Shown: positions 20,301 through 30,500 of the stretch, in pieces
Numbering within the stretch: position 1 is the first letter of the stretch
Layout: the number at the start of each line of letters is the position of its first letter
IMG/VR virus record: IMGVR_UViG_3300021962_000124
Location: 1-58,311 of that record
DNA: 58,311 nt
From: a virus
Lineage: Duplodnaviria; Caudoviricetes
Strand: one strand, 5' to 3'
Notes under the pieces: model-generated
What the model was told of the DNA's origin: nothing
The model's input: the letters and a program-made list of their open reading frames with translations, nothing else
Databases searched by the model: none
Program-made: the position numbers and the translations under genes

Positions 20301-23300
20301 TCACTACGAAGTTCAAGTGACCTAGTATCAATATTTAAGAACGTGGAAGACGAACTATAGTTCGTCGGCATTGGTTGTTGAGTATATGGGTTTAGAGTAT
20401 ATTGAGAAAATTCTGCTCCTACTACCGGACTTCCATCAAAAGGTCCTCTTTTGTGATTAGGTTTGCAAAGTCTAAATCTTATGTATTGGGAAGTGAAATG
20501 TGGATCCGTTTCAACAATTTCTCCAATCTGGAATGTTCCAGAGCCAGAGATCATTTCAATTTCAAGTAATTTAGGAATAATATAATTTTTGACATCAATT
20601 CCCTCAAAGAAACTATAAAATCTTGTAACTGGTCTTAATCCTTTTGCATCAAATTCAATATTTCTACTTCTAAGATATTGAACAACTTCTGTATAATTTG
20701 AAATAGATTCAGATGTTGTATCGGAAGTTATAATTTCGGGAGGAATGACTACTGTTGTGGTATTTGATGTTGATGTAGTGCTTGTTGTAGTTGATGAAGT
20801 TGTTATAATATTTGGTGCCTGTCCTGGTGTGAAATCTAGTAATACTCTTCTATTATTATTTTGAGTTTGTATCTGCGTAATAAACTGATTAGCTACGTCT
20901 GCAGGTAAAAGTTGTCTAATTAGATCAAGATCTGATTGATCTATCATATTTTTTAAAACTTCAAGGTGAAGGGTATTGCCGCCATTTATAATAGCATCGC
21001 TGAGTCCTATGGACACTCCACCAAGTCTTCTAACTCCAGATAAAATATTTCTAGCATTATTAATCCAATCAGTTCCATTAATACCAGTTTGAGAATTTGG
21101 TGAGGGAGTATTAACTACCTGATTGACTGTAACATTATTGGTATTGGTAAAATTCTGATCTTCTCTATCAATATTAGTAGTGACTTGATTAAAACTTGTT
21201 GTTGTAAATGCTCTTTCTTCAACCCAACTATCAATTGGTGGGTTGAGAACAATAGCACCTTGCCAATATCTTACCAAAAATGGAGTTACACTTTCACTCT
21301 TAGTAGCGTAAGGTTGCTCAAAGTATTGAACTTCTTGGTAATTGAGAGTAATTAAATCTCCGGTTTTTTTGACACCCGGAGATCCTAGATCTGTTACGTA
21401 GCTTTGATCGGCATTTGGATTAAATGTTTGCCCAACACCACTAATTACTTCAGAACCCAATTGCAAATCGATTGAAGTTGTATAGTGAGTAGGTCTTAAT
21501 GTATTGGTGCTTGTGTCAATACATGATCTAAATATTGGATTTGCTAAGTCGTGGTATTCATGAGAACTAAAGTTATCTACAAAAAATCCACACTTAAATC
21601 TATCTAATCCAGTCTCTGCATCCTTAATGTTGAAGTTTTCAGTCTTACTCTCAAGCATTGAAAGTGTTGTGAATTTTTCAACCCTTTGAATTCTATCTTC
21701 AAGTAAAGAGATATCTGACATTCGATATCTCTTGTGCTTGGACATATCCACATTGACGTTCTTTACGTTATAAACGTAAGGAGGAATGAATATAGTCGCA
21801 ATGTCTAAAGAATTTGATTTAAGTGCAGGTGGAACTGGATTTGAAGATGGTTCTCCTTCATCTATATCAAAAGTTCCATCACTATTCAAATAAACTCTAT
21901 CAATTCTCCCAACATAATAAGAGTATGATAAAATTAAATTCTCACCTGGGCACAATGTATATTCTGAATATTGTCCATCAGATGCAAAATTTCTTGCAGA
22001 AAATTCAAATGGAGAATACGATGATGGAGTATATGTAGCAACTCTGGGTCTTATGTCAATATAATCAGTTAGTCTTGAGTTATAGAATAATGGCACATCG
22101 TGCTTAAAGTTAGATTCTGAATAACTATTAACTGTAATAAATTCTCCAGTATCGGATGAATCGATAGTATAATTTTGGAAAATAATTTTAATTTTTCTTT
22201 TTGGACTTTCAACATCACTCTTTCTTATTATTCTTGAATAATCATAAAAAGTATCTCTTTGTCCATCATCAAAAATAAAGTTCTGAGTAATATTTACATC
22301 ACCTAAAGTTTTATCTGCAACGATTGCTTCTTCTTTGGAATCAATACCAACTATTACTTCATTAATTGAAAACTGAATAGTGTTCAAATATACGTAGTCT
22401 AATTTATCTACTCCCGTTTTGCTGACAATAATAGCAGTTGCCCCAGAGTCCTTTCCTTCAATATATTCTCCTATTACAAAATTTTTATTGCCATTTGAAT
22501 TTCCTGAAATTTGTAAAGAAGGCAGATCTGGATCAGAAATTCCATCTGATTCGTAAATTGCAAGAACTCTAACCGCATCGGGTACATTTAAACTGATTTG
22601 CTTATCTTGTACTCTTGTTCCGTAAATAGCACTATAAGTTAAACCGTCATTTAAAGTTGTAGTACCAATTCCAGAATTTGTTAAATTTGAATTTGAGACG
22701 ACTAGTGATGAAACTTTGTTGAACTTTTTAACTTTTGAACTAGGTTTAATATTTCTAACAGTTGCGATTACAATTGCATTAGTCCCACTTTCCTTACTGA
22801 GACCATAAAATGTTAAAGTTTTTCCATCAAGACTGATATTAAACTTATCAGATCTCATAGGTTCAATAGAACCATCAGAATATGTTATTACAAACCTATC
22901 TTCATCGAAAGTATCGAAGTAAATATCAACATCATTGGCATCAATAGATACTGAGATAGTTGAACCAGAAAAATTTGCGACGTTAAAAGAACGTCTCTGA
23001 ATTACTTCATTATCTTCAAAATTTATAGATTCTACATTATCTACACCCAATCTTGTCAAAAGAGATGAATTAGCTGAATCTACTGTTGGTACAATTTTAA
23101 TAATATTGGTGACATTAAAAGAACCAGAAGGCAATACTCCATTACAAACACCAGTAACTGTAGTGACACCAGTTATTGTAAATGATGTGCCGCCAGATCC
23201 AATAGAAGTTACTTTATTATAAATTGGATCACCTGAAAATGTTGTGCTAGAATATGATACAATATCTCCGACTTTCACGATATTTGTAAAAACACTTCCC

Positions 23301-25063
23301 AATCCAGAAGATACAACTCCGTTATTAATTTGGAATGTTGTTCCTGGTTTTGCTATGTATGAACCACGAGAGAGAACTAAATCTGCGGTGAAAGTATTAA
23401 TACCGACATTATAATAAATTGATTTAACATCAGAAATATCATAATCAGTAACAGAATTAATTAATCTACCATCATCAATTCCATTAATAATTATTTGTTC
23501 GTTTTCTAAGAAGTTGCCAGTGGTTTCATATAACGTAAGTATATTTGACCCTGAAGAAACCGATTCTTTTAAATATCCAGTGGCTCTACTTTTCTTACCT
23601 TCAATAAAACATGGAGTAGAAAGTCCAGAACCACCAAAAGAGGTTGTAAGTCCAATTTTTGTATATGTTTGAACATCAAATAGTCTTAAATTTAATCTAC
23701 TTGTATCATCTACATAATCGCTTTCTGGAATAAAATCATAAACTCTCGCAAGACCAATTGTTGCTCCAGTTGCAACATTTGGAACTTGTCCTACACGAGA
23801 ATCCATCAAACTTATTGTAGTATTCGTGCCGATTCCGAGAGCAGGTGCTCCATAACCATTGTTTAAAACAAATAAAGTTCCTGCATTATAAGGAATGACT
23901 TGATTTGCCGTTGTTTCTGTTGTTCTTGTCTTTGGTGATTCTAATAGCTTTGGAGCGATGGTTTCCACATCATACCCATTTACATATGCCTTACCCGGTC
24001 CAATTTGATAAATCATCAAATCTTCTGCAGGATTTTGACCTTGAATAGTTTTTTGATTTTTGAAATAAATACCGTCGTTTAATACTCTATCATTTAAACT
24101 GTCTCTAACAAAAAGAGTAAATGGCTTGACAAAATAATTTCCAGATTCGTCAAAAGTTCTTCTTGCTAATTCATCTCTTATTAAATTATATTGAGGATTC
24201 TTATTAAAGAACTGAGGTACTCCGTTTTCAACTCTTAAAATTTCTACAAAATTATTAGTTTCTAAATCATCAATAGATTTTTTTGCTAACTCTAAAGTAA
24301 TTTTAAATCTGTCTGCTCCAGGTGCCGCATAATTGGAAAATCCTTGAGCATTATCAAATAAACTGTCATCTTCGTCGGAAGTTACAACTTCTTCGATAAC
24401 ATTGAATCCAACTTTGTAAGAAGGTGAAGTTGAATATTGATCTAAAATAATCGTTTGTGCAAATACTCTAGCAAATACACCTCTAACAAAATAAACACCT
24501 TCAGCAATAGATACTGCAGATCCTTCTGAAGTTGCGTTAGTTGCAATGGTGTTACAAACTCCTTGTCCAACTTGGATTGTAAAGTTTCCATATGTAAGAG
24601 GAGTTTCTAGAGTTAAAGTTTCTCCACTTTGAAAAACTCTATTATCAAAATTTTCTCCTCCACTTCCAAGATACTTTACATATAAAGTATAATTTCCTCT
24701 TTCCGACTCTGTGTTTTTGAGTAGATAAACAACTTGTGCTGTTACACCGCTTGTTGATCCTTTTAACTTTTTATTTAAAATTTGATCAAAATATAATGAA
24801 ACTGGAGCACCATTAAATAAGTCTTCAATTTCTACTGCATACAGTGGAGTTTCGTACTTTAACTGTCCAGGTATTACAACCGAACCTTCTTTAAAAACGT
24901 GCTTTCCGTACTGCTCAACTTGATTTTGAAGAATAGACTGTAAAGTTGTTAGTTCCCTTGCCTGGATAGGATATCCAGGCTTAAACAATACTTTATAATA
25001 ATCTTTATCTACATCAAAGTCGTCGAAGTAGGGGGATACATTTAAATTAGTTTCCTGTGGCAT
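17318..25063 (-). CDS. Large virion structural protein (VrlC-like)
   Basis: 2581 aa; N-terminus PYFDDFD..K.YYKVLFKPG..IQARELT.LQS.LQNQ, APGADR, LARRTFDESG, GFFVDNF, DPLAQSF. Confidence 0.88.
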   Translation of the reverse strand: MPQETNLNVSPYFDDFDVDKDYYKVLFKPGYPIQARELTTLQSILQNQVEQYGKHVFKEGSVVIPGQLKYETPLYAVEIEDLFNGAPVSLYFDQILNKKLKGSTSGVTAQVVYLLKNTESERGNYTLYVKYLGSGGENFDNRVFQSGETLTLETPLTYGNFTIQVGQGVCNTIATNATSEGSAVSIAEGVYFVRGVFARVFAQTIILDQYSTSPSYKVGFNVIEEVVTSDEDDSLFDNAQGFSNYAAPGADRFKITLELAKKSIDDLETNNFVEILRVENGVPQFFNKNPQYNLIRDELARRTFDESGNYFVKPFTLFVRDSLNDRVLNDGIYFKNQKTIQGQNPAEDLMIYQIGPGKAYVNGYDVETIAPKLLESPKTRTTETTANQVIPYNAGTLFVLNNGYGAPALGIGTNTTISLMDSRVGQVPNVATGATIGLARVYDFIPESDYVDDTSRLNLRLFDVQTYTKIGLTTSFGGSGLSTPCFIEGKKSRATGYLKESVSSGSNILTLYETTGNFLENEQIIINGIDDGRLINSVTDYDISDVKSIYYNVGINTFTADLVLSRGSYIAKPGTTFQINNGVVSSGLGSVFTNIVKVGDIVSYSSTTFSGDPIYNKVTSIGSGGTSFTITGVTTVTGVCNGVLPSGSFNVTNIIKIVPTVDSANSSLLTRLGVDNVESINFEDNEVIQRRSFNVANFSGSTISVSIDANDVDIYFDTFDEDRFVITYSDGSIEPMRSDKFNISLDGKTLTFYGLSKESGTNAIVIATVRNIKPSSKVKKFNKVSSLVVSNSNLTNSGIGTTTLNDGLTYSAIYGTRVQDKQISLNVPDAVRVLAIYESDGISDPDLPSLQISGNSNGNKNFVIGEYIEGKDSGATAIIVSKTGVDKLDYVYLNTIQFSINEVIVGIDSKEEAIVADKTLGDVNITQNFIFDDGQRDTFYDYSRIIRKSDVESPKRKIKIIFQNYTIDSSDTGEFITVNSYSESNFKHDVPLFYNSRLTDYIDIRPRVATYTPSSYSPFEFSARNFASDGQYSEYTLCPGENLILSYSYYVGRIDRVYLNSDGTFDIDEGEPSSNPVPPALKSNSLDIATIFIPPYVYNVKNVNVDMSKHKRYRMSDISLLEDRIQRVEKFTTLSMLESKTENFNIKDAETGLDRFKCGFFVDNFSSHEYHDLANPIFRSCIDTSTNTLRPTHYTTSIDLQLGSEVISGVGQTFNPNADQSYVTDLGSPGVKKTGDLITLNYQEVQYFEQPYATKSESVTPFLVRYWQGAIVLNPPIDSWVEERAFTTTSFNQVTTNIDREDQNFTNTNNVTVNQVVNTPSPNSQTGINGTDWINNARNILSGVRRLGGVSIGLSDAIINGGNTLHLEVLKNMIDQSDLDLIRQLLPADVANQFITQIQTQNNNRRVLLDFTPGQAPNIITTSSTTTSTTSTSNTTTVVIPPEIITSDTTSESISNYTEVVQYLRSRNIEFDAKGLRPVTRFYSFFEGIDVKNYIIPKLLEIEMISGSGTFQIGEIVETDPHFTSQYIRFRLCKPNHKRGPFDGSPVVGAEFSQYTLNPYTQQPMPTNYSSSSTFLNIDTRSLELRSEDFYGMISPNMILVGKTSGAKARISNIRLVSDNSGRLIGSLYVPDPSTSGNPKWINGENTFTLIDTETIQTPTNVGDSRINESSGEAEFASSAIRNVTETNILTTRNIKILSSYNINTTTITNTTTNTTTNTQTQTGGGNNQVRVWETHDPLAQSFYVRDNTGVFLTSVDVFFETKDDSNIPVTLQIRPMIAGVPSNVVVPFSEVTLTPDEINLSTDATVPTKFRFPSPVYLPGPQQLEVRQAPIGSQQTSQFAVVLLSGSAQYRAFIAEQGKKVMLPGDTSGQGKGIMLSEQPTLGSLFKSQNGSTWTPTQQEDLKYRLHRADFVNEGLVRFFNPKLSLGNKKLTVTGSNQVLPLSKRVIVGLGSTGYDSTNVVSGVTIVQGFATGKLIGIAGSIRTGVGLGVTISNTGFGYTAGTFTNISLETETGSGKNAKATIGVTTVGIATVTITDGGFGYKVGDSLLIPETGMGQNVGFGGRLTVVSIASSNAFILDNVQGTFSPGITTVSYIAGTGTTTIVGAGVTITSVLPDSYYDGRHMKILHMNHGMHSTENYLRVSSFRPLQTETNSKTTSTITDGATTIPIVSSSGFETFEGNAVDAFNPGYAIIGNEVIRYTSYTSTSLGSVTRGIDGSQAISYESGVPVYKYEFNGISLRRINKVHNFTEVDNTTHPINLNSYFIKIDTSDTDFDGVGIGSDRPDLYFKETKQSGSTGTVLTNNIQFESITPNVSYIIPGKTNMSCRIRTFTGTSVSGNEKSFIDDGFRSIPLQETTYFENPKLICSDINESKFITESPGSRSFTMEFLMRTSDSRVSPVIDTIKVNAILTSNLINSPYGVNDDSNYANDDTVRSLYDDKHSVIYVSKPIRLKIPANSIKVLLSASRNDTNDVRVLYQIFRDDAPKAQQNYELFPGSSNYQVDGQDIKRVIDPSLNDGSADAYVRQTSDSSFRDYEYSVDDLPSFNAFAIKIVMAGTNQATPPLIRQLRAIATTRPRIPT

Positions 25064-25069
25064 AATTCT

Positions 25070-26635
25070 TTAAAATTGCAAAACGACTTTGATATCTTCT
25101 TTTTGGTTTGGTGATCTTGTAATAGATGGTCTGTTGTCAATGTATATTATATTTCCAGAGTATTTTTTGACTTCTGGATTCGCAATTCCATTAATAAAAG
25201 ATTGACCCAAATTATATTTTCTATTATTTATTACTGTACTTATACCGGGATTATTTGTTGATCCAAAACTAGTATCAATTCCTAGAGTAACGCTTCCTCC
25301 AACAATGTCTAAAGACCCTCCGGACCCTGGAGAAGATGTAAATCTATTCAAATTAATACCATATTGTGTGGATGGATTTTGAGATCCATCAGTATTAAAT
25401 CCGGCAAAACTTTTATCTTGCCAATATTTCAGAACTCCTGTCTTTTTTTCATAAGAAATAACTCTACCAACAGCTGTGGTTCCCAAACTTACTGTTTGTG
25501 TGATTTGTGAATTTGGAATAAATGTAGCGTCACTATATCCAACCCCTGTTAGTTTTAGTGCATACACTGCACTTACTTTATCCAAATCCAAAACAGATGT
25601 TGAATTATAAGCTTGTGGATTTTCAACTATTCCAATTCTTGCAACTTTATTCTCAGTTATAAAGTCTGGATTTTCGGTATCATTTTCTATTCTTGAGAAT
25701 AAAAGTACATTGTAAGCACCAAGTTCTCTGTAAATATCTGCTCCATGTCCACCTTTTGGGGGAATAATTACATCAAATGTTGGTGTTACAGTTCCAGTAG
25801 GAACATTTCCTGCTTCTAAATCTACAGTTCCAAAAGTATATCCACTTCCTCCACTTGAAACTACAATACTTTCTACTTTAGAATCATTATCAATTGAAAT
25901 AGATGCCGTAGCACCTGTACCATCTCCTTTAATAGGAACATTAGTATATACTCTATTTGCTGGACCTAAATCCGATCCTCTGTTAGTTATAGTTATAATT
26001 TTGAGTTGAGAAGATGGTGCATTATCTCTAATTGATTTGAATTCAGTTGAGGTATCCCAATTTTTGGGAACTGGCATGAAATTTACAGTATCAAACTTTA
26101 TAAAATCAGTTGGCTTTATAGAATATAAGTATTTCCATATATACCCATCACCACTATCACCAGCAGCTCTAGGTTCTAAATCAACAAAAGTTGGTTCATC
26201 TAAAGAAGGTCTTCCACTAGGATTTTCTGGATCTGTTCCGTTTTGGAGGCAAATATAAACTCTAAGATCGCTATTAACAACATAATAATTTGATCTATAT
26301 AAGCTGGTTGCTCCAGAAGATTTTGCTGTATTAGTTCTGCTTATATCATGGCGATACATGTCATAAGTTATTCCGGAGGACCAAGTTATTTTTGTAATAA
26401 CTTGATTTATGTCATTTTCCTTAATTTTTTTCAATGCAATCATAGTATCCCAATAATAGTTTTCTTGCTCAAAACTATCTTTTGGGGATGGTGGTAATTG
26501 CTCCCAATTAGAGGAATAATCGGTTGCATTTGATAAACCGATAAAAGAATAATACGAATTTTCTGAAGAAGAAGCTACTGAAACAAAATTTTTCGCATTC
26601 AAGATTCGTAATTGATCGGTTATAATTGCTGCCAT
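25070..26635 (-). CDS. gp8: Baseplate wedge subunit
   Basis: MAAIITDQLRILNA, VYICLQNG, DGYIWKYLY, GGHG, IYIDNRPSITRS.NQKEDIKVVLQF. Confidence 0.9.
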   Translation of the reverse strand: MAAIITDQLRILNAKNFVSVASSSENSYYSFIGLSNATDYSSNWEQLPPSPKDSFEQENYYWDTMIALKKIKENDINQVITKITWSSGITYDMYRHDISRTNTAKSSGATSLYRSNYYVVNSDLRVYICLQNGTDPENPSGRPSLDEPTFVDLEPRAAGDSGDGYIWKYLYSIKPTDFIKFDTVNFMPVPKNWDTSTEFKSIRDNAPSSQLKIITITNRGSDLGPANRVYTNVPIKGDGTGATASISIDNDSKVESIVVSSGGSGYTFGTVDLEAGNVPTGTVTPTFDVIIPPKGGHGADIYRELGAYNVLLFSRIENDTENPDFITENKVARIGIVENPQAYNSTSVLDLDKVSAVYALKLTGVGYSDATFIPNSQITQTVSLGTTAVGRVISYEKKTGVLKYWQDKSFAGFNTDGSQNPSTQYGINLNRFTSSPGSGGSLDIVGGSVTLGIDTSFGSTNNPGISTVINNRKYNLGQSFINGIANPEVKKYSGNIIYIDNRPSITRSPNQKEDIKVVLQF

Positions 26636-26655
26636 TTTACAAGACGTTTATTACT

Positions 26656-26663
26656 TATTTATA
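26656..26663 (-). promoter_or_regulatory. Late promoter TATAAATA
   Basis: Exact consensus upstream of gp8. Confidence 0.75.
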
Positions 26664-26680
26664 GGTACAGTTAATAGTTA

Positions 26681-27487
26681 TCAAACGGAAACGGTGCTTA
26701 AATTTCCTGAATCATTAACAATAAGACGATATTGAGTTCCATTAGGTGATGTAAGGATAACTCCATGTGCAGTACTAACACCAACAGAAATATCACCACC
26801 ACGAACTGTTAATTTATTTGTTGGATTTGTGGTTCCAATGCCAACATTAGAGAGTGTGTGAATACCTGCTGATGTTGATACCCAATAAGAAGGTTGGATC
26901 GCATTATTTACATATCCTTCAGTTGCATAACCAACTAAGTTTCCAGATGTTAGAATTCCACTTAAATTTTCTCCAGACCCAAAAAAATAAGCAGCAGTGA
27001 CATCACTAACAGCAGTGACATCACTAACTAATATACTTGCAGGAAGTCTTGAGTTATCTAAAGTTCCTAAAGTTATATTTGTTGCATTGATATCTGTTAA
27101 ACCAGATCCAATCCCAACAAATTTGGAAGAAGTTGTTACACCTGAAACCAATACATTGCCACTTACAGTCAATTTAGAAGTTGGATTTGTAGTTCCTATG
27201 CCAACAAATTCATCTTTTGCAAAAATAATACTTCCAGCAATACCAACAGAAAGAGAAGATGCAGTTACTATACCAACCACTATATTTGGAGTTCCAGACA
27301 AACCCTGAGATATAGTGGATATTCCCGATGTTGAAGCGTATCCAATACTATTTGTTATAGTGGTGCCATTTCCTATAGCATTATAAATTTCATTAAAATT
27401 ACTATTGATTTTTATGGCACCAACCAGTAAGGAGTCTCCATCTCCTGCATCTGGTGCTGATCCGGTGTATATTCCTAACTTTGCCAT
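26681..27487 (-). CDS. Baseplate/fibre-associated protein with gp9/gp10-like N-terminus
   Basis: G..PD.G.GDSL..GAIKINSNFNEIY N-terminal motif; two VGIGTTNPTxKLTV fibre-type repeats. Confidence 0.75.
   Translation of the reverse strand: MAKLGIYTGSAPDAGDGDSLLVGAIKINSNFNEIYNAIGNGTTITNSIGYASTSGISTISQGLSGTPNIVVGIVTASSLSVGIAGSIIFAKDEFVGIGTTNPTSKLTVSGNVLVSGVTTSSKFVGIGSGLTDINATNITLGTLDNSRLPASILVSDVTAVSDVTAAYFFGSGENLSGILTSGNLVGYATEGYVNNAIQPSYWVSTSAGIHTLSNVGIGTTNPTNKLTVRGGDISVGVSTAHGVILTSPNGTQYRLIVNDSGNLSTVSV
26993..27028. repeat. Exact 18-bp tandem duplication (VSDVTA x2)
   Basis: agcagtgacatcactaac occurs twice back to back, in frame. Confidence 0.9.
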
Positions 27488-27506
27488 GAGTATTGATCTT
27501 TATTAG

Positions 27507-27514
27507 TATTTATT
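27507..27514 (-). promoter_or_regulatory. Late promoter AATAAATA
   Basis: Intergenic, about 20 nt upstream of the ATG at 27487. Confidence 0.65.
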
Positions 27515-27516
27515 GT

Positions 27517-30500
27517 TTAGTTATAATTTTTGTACTTCAATCTATTAAATCTAGAAACGCTAGCAGATGATGTAATTCCACTAAATCCATTTGAATCAAA
27601 AATTTGTGGATTTGTTCTCTTAAGATTTGTTATTTTACCCCAACTAAATTCACCATGATAATTAGAAGTACTAATAAATCCACCCACAAAAGTAGTAATT
27701 CCAATATAATCAAAAGTATAAAGTGTGGAATCGAAGAAAATTGAGGTAGTTCCAAATCCAACAGTGCTTAGTCCTGAAGTAGATTCAACTATAGAAGTTA
27801 CTCTCACTACATGAGTATTTCCAACGCCAGGAACATTTTTATACACAGTTTCGATTGAATTTACTTGATAAATTCCATCTGCGTTTTGTGTGGATAATCC
27901 AATTATAGTACCATCATTTCTCCAAGTATAGAATCCAGTGCTAGCAAATCCAACATTAGAATTTTTTACAACGAAGAAGTCATTGACTTGAATCTGACTT
28001 AATGTTACTGCTGTTCCAACAATTTCAGAATTTCTTAAATAAGAATCTGTTGGTATATGAAGATCAAAAATATTATAATCTAAAGTTGGCATTCCAGATT
28101 TTGTCATCGTGGAAATTCCATATCCAACGATTATTCCAAAATCTCCACTGTAAGTAACATTGTCTATAATTTCATATTCTAAAGCAGGTGGTTCTATTAA
28201 AACTATTGGTGGGTTTTGAGGGTCAAAACCATATCCACCATTTTCTACAGTTATCTCAGTAACAGATCCATTTTTACTAATAGTTGGATTAATTGTAGAA
28301 TATCCAAATCTTCCAATTGTCTTTAACTGAGATTCTGTTATATTCGCTTCAAAATCAACAACACAATTAAATTTAGGAGAAACTAATTTTGGATCATCAA
28401 TCGTCAGTATAGGCGAATTTAGATAATTAGAACCTGGATTTGTTATTGTAATGGATGTTATAGTTCCTCCAACTCCAATGCTAGCAATTCCTACAGCAGA
28501 GGAACCAATAGAGGGAGATGATAACGTTATTGAAGGTTCTTGTTGATAACCATATCCGCGATTAGTAATAATAACATCATCAATTTCTCCATTACCATTA
28601 ATAATGGCGATTGCTGTTGCTGTGGCATCTCCAGGTAAAGAACTCAAGTTATAAATTCCAAATTCATCAATTGGAGAAGAAATCGTTACTGTAGGAGCGA
28701 CTGTATAACCATATCCAATATTTGTTACACTAATGGATTCAATTGTTCCATTAAGTCCAACTGGAGAAATTGTTACTATAGGAGCAGATGTGTAACCATA
28801 TCCATTATTTGTGATAGTTACATTGGAAATTTGTCCGTTTTCATCTATGGTAGCAACTGCAGTCGCTGTGGCGTCTCCCGGCAATGTGCCTAAATCATAA
28901 ATTCCAAATTCATCAACAGGAGAAGAAATTGCTATTGTGGGGGCAGATGTGTAACCATATCCAGTGTTTCTAATAATGAGATTATTTACTATTCCAATAG
29001 AAATATCGGGATCAGAAAAAGTTACATCGGGAGTATCAATATACCCAGATCCTTCATATGTTATAGTTATAGTAGAAATTTGACCATTTTCATCTATATT
29101 AGCAACTGCTGTTGCAGTGTCTCCAGTTTCTGATGAAGAAATTGTTATAGTGGGGGCATTTGTATATCCATTACCATATTCTACTATTTGTATATTATTT
29201 ATTGTTCCCTCATCGGAAACAGATGCAATTGCTTCAGCACGTATAGCTATATTTACAGTAGATATTGCCTCGGCATCAGAGTAATTGGCAAGAGTAACAC
29301 TTGCAGTTGCAGTTGCACCTAAAGGAACTTCTGGTGTGGAGAAAGATACATTAGGTGCTACCGTATAACCATACCCAGGATTAGTAATTACAATATTATC
29401 AACTCCTAGAGATTCACTTAAAACAGCATAAGCTTCCGCCTTTATTAATTTGGGATTAGATACAGAAATACTAGGAATAGATGTGTATCCAGATCCACCA
29501 TCTAAAAGATTTATGGAAGTTATTATTCCATCAGATGAAACTGTAGATGTCGCAGACGCAGAAACTAAAGATTTTTGTGTCACTAAAATTATTTTGTTTT
29601 GTGGTTTTTCACTTCCATCAAAAACATACTCCTCTCTACTATCGAAGAAAGTTTTTACGCTTTCAACATAAATCGTTGATGTTTCAATTCCTACGGTTTC
29701 TATTATGTTTGTAGATGGTTGAACATAAGGTTCGTAAATTACTCTATCCTTTCCAATTGGTTTATCATTTATAAAGAGATCGTCAGTTTGACGGCACCAT
29801 TTCAGTGGTCTCAGCAGACTTATGTTCTCAGATACTCCTGGACCAGGATATAAGTTTGTTTGTAGGGAATCTGAAGAAATAATATCAATAACGAATCTTT
29901 CATCCTGAATAAGATTTTCATTTTCACTTGATAGTTTTACATCGTCTCCTACTTTAATTGTTTCTAGTATATCAGCATCCTTAGTATCTACATTAATTGT
30001 TCCGGAGTAGAATAGTATTTTTGATTTATCGCCTGGTTTTGGTGCTTCAGAGAAAGTTATTCTACTTCCTCTCTTAAATGTGTATCCTTTACCTGGAACC
30101 TGGAGAACATCATTGATGAAAACTAATAAAGTTGCCTGAAGATCTAGATTCGATCCTTTTTTGGCTTCTAAAGAAACTCTATTTCCATCAATAGAAAATG
30201 GAAATATTCTTCTTTTTCCATCAAATAAATTATCCAAATGATCTATTACTATTAATCTCCCAATAGTCCAACAACTAATCTTATCATTAAATACCTCATC
30301 AACTATAATTTGGAACTCTGAGAAACTAGATGAACCTGTAGTGTTAATACCCAATGTTCCGCCAGTAGAAATAGTCAAGATATCTCCACGCTTGTACCCA
30401 TATCCAAGATTTTTCATTTCAAAAGATATTACACTTGAACCTTGTCCAACTACAATATCTACTTTTGCTCCAGTTCCAACCCCAGCTTGTGATTGAGAAC

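Noticed and set aside
28400-29560. Diversity-generating retroelement template/variable repeat pair
   Set aside because: Differences between copies are not adenine-specific, both copies are in-frame coding, and no reverse transcriptase is in the window
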